NCBI GenBank assembly: GCA_041688005.1
Contig: JBDNJA010000228.1
Span: forward strand, 1 to 60,666
DNA from: Gammaproteobacteria bacterium
GTDB taxonomy: Bacteria > Pseudomonadota > Gammaproteobacteria > GCA-001735895
Length of the DNA: 60,666 nt
Direction: 5' to 3'
Part shown: positions 56,442-60,666 of the stretch, one piece after another
Layout: each line of letters starts with the position of its first letter
Numbering within the stretch: position 1 is the first letter of the stretch
Translations under genes and position numbers: made by a program
Notes under the pieces: model-generated
The model's input: only the letters and a program-made list of their open reading frames with translations
What the model was told of the DNA's origin: nothing
Database searches by the model: none

Positions 56442-59400
56442 ATGGCTAACGATTTCGTACACCTACACCTGCACTCTGAGTTTTCGCTACAGGACAGTAC
56501 GCTAAGGCTCAAACCGCTCATTGAAGAATCCCGCAAACGCGGTATGGGTGCCGTCGCATTGACCGACATGTCGAATTTATTCGCGGTGGTTAAACATTTT
56601 AAAACTGCGACAGCGAGTGGGGTTAAACCTATCTTCGGTGCTGATGTGTGGGTTTTCCACGAAGATCGTAAAGAAACACTCAGTCGACTGGTTTTGCTTT
56701 GCCAGGATGACGTCGGTTATCTCAACATTAAACGACTCGTCTCGCGGTCTTATATCGAAGGCCAATTGGCTGACCGCCCCACCATTAATATTGAATGGTT
56801 ACGCGAAGCATCCGACGGTTTAATCGCACTTTCTGCCTGCCTTGATGGTGATATAGGGCATGCTATTAAAATGCAAAATGTGCCGCTGGCTGAGAGTTAC
56901 CTAAAGCAGTGGCGGGCCATATTCAACGATCGCTTTTTTCTTGAATTGCAACGCACAGGACGCCCCTATGAAGAATCCTATATTGCCCAGGCGGTAAAGT
57001 TCTCGGGCCAGTTTCAAGTGCCTGTCGTTGCCAGTAACGATGTTCGGTTCATGGATAAAACTGATTTTGAAGCACACGAAGCCCGGGTTTGTATTTATAG
57101 TGGCTTTACCCTGCAAGATAGCCGTCGCCCAAAAACCTATTCAGAACAGCAATACCTGCGCAGTAATGATGAAATGGTCGCGCTATTTTCCGATATACCG
57201 GAAGCCATTGAAAACACCGTCAATATCGCCAAAGCCTGCAATGTTAAATTGCGGTTGGGTGAAAATTTTCTACCGGCCTATCCAATACCAGAGGGCTACG
57301 ATACCGACAGTTTCTTTCGTCATGTATCAAAAGAAGGTCTCGATAAACGCCTTGAATTCTTGCAGCAACAACTACCAGACGGCAAGGTACTTGATCGTCA
57401 ACCCTACGATGAACGGCTCGATTTCGAACTCAATATTATCCTGAAAATGGAGTTCCCTGGTTACTTCCTGATCGTCATGGACTTCATCGAATGGGCCAAA
57501 CAACACAAAATTCCGGTTGGCCCAGGGCGTGGTTCTGGTGCGGGCTCACTCGTCGCCTATGCGCTCAAAATCACCGATCTCGATCCACTCGAATACGAGC
57601 TATTATTTGAACGGTTCCTCAACCCTGAACGTGTATCGATGCCCGATTTCGATATCGATTTTTGTATGGATAGGCGCGATGAAGTCATCGAATATGTCGC
57701 TGAAAACTATGGCCGTAACCAGGTATCACAAATTATCACCTACGGCACAATGGCGGCGAAGGCGGTTATCCGCGATGTCGGGCGGGTCATGTCACACCCC
57801 TATGGCTTCGTCGATCGAATTGCCAAACTGATACCATTCGAAATTGGTATAACGCTCAATAAAGCGTTGGAACAAGAAGACGACTTACGCGCGCTATATC
57901 AGCAAGATGAAGACGTCACAATGCTCATCGATATGGCATTGTCGTTAGAAGGCTTAACCCGAAATGTCGGCAAACACGCTGGTGGCGTTGTTATTGCACC
58001 GAGCGACTTAACCGATTTTACGCCGACTTACAGCGAGCAAGGTGGCGCTGGACTAGTATCACAATTTGATAAAGATGATGTCGAAGCCATTGGTCTGGTT
58101 AAGTTCGACTTCTTGGGTTTGCGTACGCTCACCATCATCGATTGGGCAGTTAATTCGATCAACTTGAATAAAGCCAATCACAAAGGCGGAGACCCACTCG
58201 AAATAGAACGTATTCCACTAGATGACCCGAAGACTTTCGAGTTATTGCGGTCGTATCAAACCACGGCCGTATTCCAGTTGGAATCTCGGGGTATGAAAGA
58301 TCTAATTCGCAAACTCCAGCCAGATAGCTTCGAAGATATTATCGCATTGGTTGCGCTATTTCGGCCTGGGCCACTTCAATCAGGCATGGTTGACGACTTT
58401 ATAGAACGTAAGCATGGCCGCTCAAGAGTTGAGTATCCTCATCCCGCGTTGGAACCTATTTTGAAACCCACCTATGGTGTCATCCTGTATCAGGAGCAGG
58501 TTATGCAAATAGCCCAGGTGCTGGCGGGGTACACACTGGGTAGCGCCGATATATTGCGTAAAGCGATGGGTAAAAAGAAACTCGAGGAAATGGAAAAGCA
58601 GCGGGTTATCTTTACCGATGGTGCGGTCGCCAATGATGTCAAAGCAGAGACAGCAACCTACATCTTCGACCTCATGGAAAAGTTTGCTGGTTATGGTTTT
58701 AATAAATCACATTCGGCGGCTTATGCTTTAGTGTCCTACCAAACGGCCTGGTTAAAAGCACACTATCCGGCTGAATTTATGGCGGCTGTTTTATCGGCGG
58801 ATATGGACAACACCGATAAAATCGTCACCCTAATCGATGAATGTCGAGAGATGAAACTCGACGTTTTACCACCCGATGTTAACCGCTCCAGTTATCGTTT
58901 TACGCCCTCTGAAGATGGGTTGGTATTTTACGGTTTGGGTGCGATAAAAGGTGTGGGGCAGGGGGCAATTGAGGCGATTATCGATAGTCGTGCCAACGAC
59001 GCATTCACCTCGCTAGATGAGTTTTGCGAACGGGTTGATAGCGCCAGAAAAAGCCGAAAACTACTCGAGGCACTAATTAAAGCAGGGGCGATGGATTGTT
59101 TTTCAAAGAATCGTGCTGCGCTCATGGCTCACCTGAAATTTGCACTGCAATCTGCCGAGCAACAAAACAATAATCAAAACGCAGGCATGACTGACATGTT
59201 TGCCATGTTAGCACCCGAGGTGACGATAAAACCCTTGCCGGATTGCGATCCCTGGGACGAGAAAAAACGCTTAATGAAGGAAAAGGAAGCACTCGGTTTA
59301 TTCCTCACGGGTCACCCATTGCTCATTGTCGCATCAGAAATCAAACAGATATCATCGACCAATTTATCGCAATGGCTGGCGCTACTGAATGCCGGCGATA

Positions 59401-59942
59401 CCTCGGTCACACGATATCGCCAAAAAGCCAAACCGGCCACGGTTTGTGGCCTGGTGGTTGATATTCGGATTAAAAGCGGCTCCTACGGGCGCGAAGCATT
59501 CGTCATGCTCGATGACCGCAGTGGTCGAGTCGATGTTCGCGTTTCGCCAGCACTACTACAGGAAATCGAAGCGATCGTAACAAAAGATTTAGTCTGGGTG
59601 GTCGATGGTGGCATAGCCTACGACGATTTCAATAATGGCATCAAAATAAAAGCCGAAAGAGTCCAATTACTCGATGACTATCGTCTGCAAAACGCGAGCC
59701 AGTTGCATGTTACGTTAAATGCCAATGTCGATCAAGCTACCGACCAGGTGGTCGATAAGTTGGTCGCCGAACTGAAGCAACATGAAGGGCATAACGGCTT
59801 GCCGATTGCCTTTCATATGCAAAAAGACGGTTACAATTTTGACCTGAGGACCGAGGGCGACTGGTCGGTCATCCCCTCTGAGCAATGCTTACTTTCCCTC
59901 GCTAAGCATCTCGATCAAAAGGACTTTCATGTCGAGTATTAA
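56442..59942 (+). CDS. dnaE: DNA polymerase III alpha subunit
   Basis: The 1166-aa sequence has the PHP domain (FVHLHLHSEFSLQDS), the polymerase core (PDFDIDF, GRGSGAGSLVAYAL) and the OB-fold C-terminus. Confidence 0.95.
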   Translation: MANDFVHLHLHSEFSLQDSTLRLKPLIEESRKRGMGAVALTDMSNLFAVVKHFKTATASGVKPIFGADVWVFHEDRKETLSRLVLLCQDDVGYLNIKRLVSRSYIEGQLADRPTINIEWLREASDGLIALSACLDGDIGHAIKMQNVPLAESYLKQWRAIFNDRFFLELQRTGRPYEESYIAQAVKFSGQFQVPVVASNDVRFMDKTDFEAHEARVCIYSGFTLQDSRRPKTYSEQQYLRSNDEMVALFSDIPEAIENTVNIAKACNVKLRLGENFLPAYPIPEGYDTDSFFRHVSKEGLDKRLEFLQQQLPDGKVLDRQPYDERLDFELNIILKMEFPGYFLIVMDFIEWAKQHKIPVGPGRGSGAGSLVAYALKITDLDPLEYELLFERFLNPERVSMPDFDIDFCMDRRDEVIEYVAENYGRNQVSQIITYGTMAAKAVIRDVGRVMSHPYGFVDRIAKLIPFEIGITLNKALEQEDDLRALYQQDEDVTMLIDMALSLEGLTRNVGKHAGGVVIAPSDLTDFTPTYSEQGGAGLVSQFDKDDVEAIGLVKFDFLGLRTLTIIDWAVNSINLNKANHKGGDPLEIERIPLDDPKTFELLRSYQTTAVFQLESRGMKDLIRKLQPDSFEDIIALVALFRPGPLQSGMVDDFIERKHGRSRVEYPHPALEPILKPTYGVILYQEQVMQIAQVLAGYTLGSADILRKAMGKKKLEEMEKQRVIFTDGAVANDVKAETATYIFDLMEKFAGYGFNKSHSAAYALVSYQTAWLKAHYPAEFMAAVLSADMDNTDKIVTLIDECREMKLDVLPPDVNRSSYRFTPSEDGLVFYGLGAIKGVGQGAIEAIIDSRANDAFTSLDEFCERVDSARKSRKLLEALIKAGAMDCFSKNRAALMAHLKFALQSAEQQNNNQNAGMTDMFAMLAPEVTIKPLPDCDPWDEKKRLMKEKEALGLFLTGHPLLIVASEIKQISSTNLSQWLALLNAGDTSVTRYRQKAKPATVCGLVVDIRIKSGSYGREAFVMLDDRSGRVDVRVSPALLQEIEAIVTKDLVWVVDGGIAYDDFNNGIKIKAERVQLLDDYRLQNASQLHVTLNANVDQATDQVVDKLVAELKQHEGHNGLPIAFHMQKDGYNFDLRTEGDWSVIPSEQCLLSLAKHLDQKDFHVEY

Positions 59943-59970
59943 TCTCTGAGGGTTTAATCTCTGAGGGTTT

Positions 59971-60520
59971 AATTCCCCGCAGCTTGCTGCGATTATAGGT
60001 GGATGAGCGAATACATTCACAAAAGCCATAACGTAACAGTACTCATGTATCACTTGGTGTTTCCTGCAAAATACCGACGAGCAGTGTTTGACGATATAGT
60101 AGATGAAGAACTTAGAGGAGTGTGTTTAGAAATTGAACAGAGATATGAGTTGAAGTTTTTAGAGGTTGGAACAGATGAAGATCATGTTCATTTTTTAGTT
60201 CAGTCAGTACCAGTTTATAGTGTTAAGAAAATTGTTCAGATGATCAAAAGTTTGACTGCGAGAGAAATATTTCGTCGATGTCCGCGCGTAAAAAAATGCT
60301 TTGGGGAGGTGAGTTCTGAAGCGATGGTTATTTCGCGAGTACGGTTGGGAAGCACGGAGATGAAGCAATGATCAGTAATTATGTAAAAGGGCAGGGGGGG
60401 CGTATCAGAAGCTCTATAGTGATTATCAATTGGCGCTATTCTAAAAGAATGGAACGAATCAATACCCCGCTTTTGCGGAGCAAAAGTCGAGCCTAAGCGA
60501 GATAGTTTGCTGCGGGGATG
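59971..60520 (+). mobile_element. IS200-type element (IS200/IS605 family), decayed
   Basis: It encloses a Y1 transposase gene. TCCCCGCAGC-containing hairpins lie near both ends (59975-59992 and 60506-60518, inverted relative to each other). Boundaries are approximate. Confidence 0.6.
60003..60444 (+). pseudogene. tnpA: IS200 TnpA (HUH/Y1 transposase) with two frameshifts and a premature stop
   Basis: The HUH motif is DHVHFLV. After RCPRVKK an A-run is 1 nt short, then LWGGEF-TGA-SDGYFASTVGKHGDEAMISNYVKGQGG follows with TGA in place of the expected Trp. A G-run frameshift precedes YQKLYSDYQLALF-stop. Confidence 0.75.
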
Positions 60521-60525
60521 TTTAT

Positions 60526-60666
60526 TTGCACCATATCACCCCAGAAATGATGGAGAAGGCGTACAAGAGCCTAAACCGGCAATCAGCAAGGGGCGTCGAT
60601 CAGCAAAGCTGGGAGCAATATGGCAAAGCATTGTCAGCACGGCTCTTGGATTTGCATCAACGTATA
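60526..60666 (+). CDS. Group II intron-type reverse transcriptase, N-terminal fragment running off the window
   Basis: HHITPEMMEKAYKSLNRQSARGVDQQSWEQYGKALSARLLDLHQRI matches the N-terminal (RT0) block of bacterial group II intron IEPs (A..L.....a.GVDg.tW..Y...L...L.dLh.R). No intron domains I-III are recognisable upstream. Confidence 0.5.
   Translation, partial: MHHITPEMMEKAYKSLNRQSARGVDQQSWEQYGKALSARLLDLHQRI

Noticed and set aside
1-60666. CRISPR arrays, rRNA genes and tRNA genes.
   Set aside because: No regularly spaced direct repeats with unique spacers were seen in any intergenic region, and no rRNA-like or tRNA-like segments either. The only repeats are the MITE-like family and the short tandem duplications listed above.

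Overview
This 60.7-kb chromosomal segment has gammaproteobacterial-type synteny (suhB, trmJ and the isc/hsc operon; lpxB, rnhB, dnaE) and is heavily marked by mobile-DNA activity. I saw no rRNA, tRNA or CRISPR array. From left to right the window contains:
- a partial IS4-like transposase;
- an IS-bounded catabolic cassette (MocR regulator, enolase-superfamily enzyme, aldehyde dehydrogenase, FAD oxidoreductase, GMC oxidoreductase);
- a frameshifted IS66-family element inserted into an older IS5/IS1182-like remnant;
- an orphan CobS/CobT-like AAA+/vWA pair;
- CaiB-type CoA-transferase, NudC, a DUF1127 protein and a LysR regulator;
- a tight DUF1289 / NYN-LOTUS / extended RluA operon;
- arsR-arsM;
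- a ParE/RHH toxin-antitoxin cassette beside a SWIM-SNF2 helicase;
- a two-gene RND efflux module;
- a decayed two-component system;
- a TlpA / DUF4266 / DUF3570 / ApbE cluster;
- a flagellar-rod gene remnant;
- a Liv-type ABC importer followed by acs;
- lexA, suhB and trmJ;
- an atypical isc operon;
- DUF192, NERD and MBL-rhodanese genes;
- lpxB, rnhB and dnaE;
- a decayed IS200 abutting a group II intron-type reverse transcriptase fragment.

The most interesting observations are:
1. An unannotated MITE-like palindromic repeat family with three full copies and two solo ends. Two copies bracket the RND pump, and one solo end supplies the stop codon of the helicase.
2. An isc operon with no iscU, a short NifS-like desulfurase, and an IscR that retains only one of the four canonical Fe-S ligands.
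3. A flavinylation-type DxxTGAS motif in the DUF3570 barrel protein next to ApbE.
4. A lexA gene preceded by a 16-bp-arm palindrome instead of a canonical SOS box.
5. A helicase-derived pseudogene fragment flanking the TA cassette.
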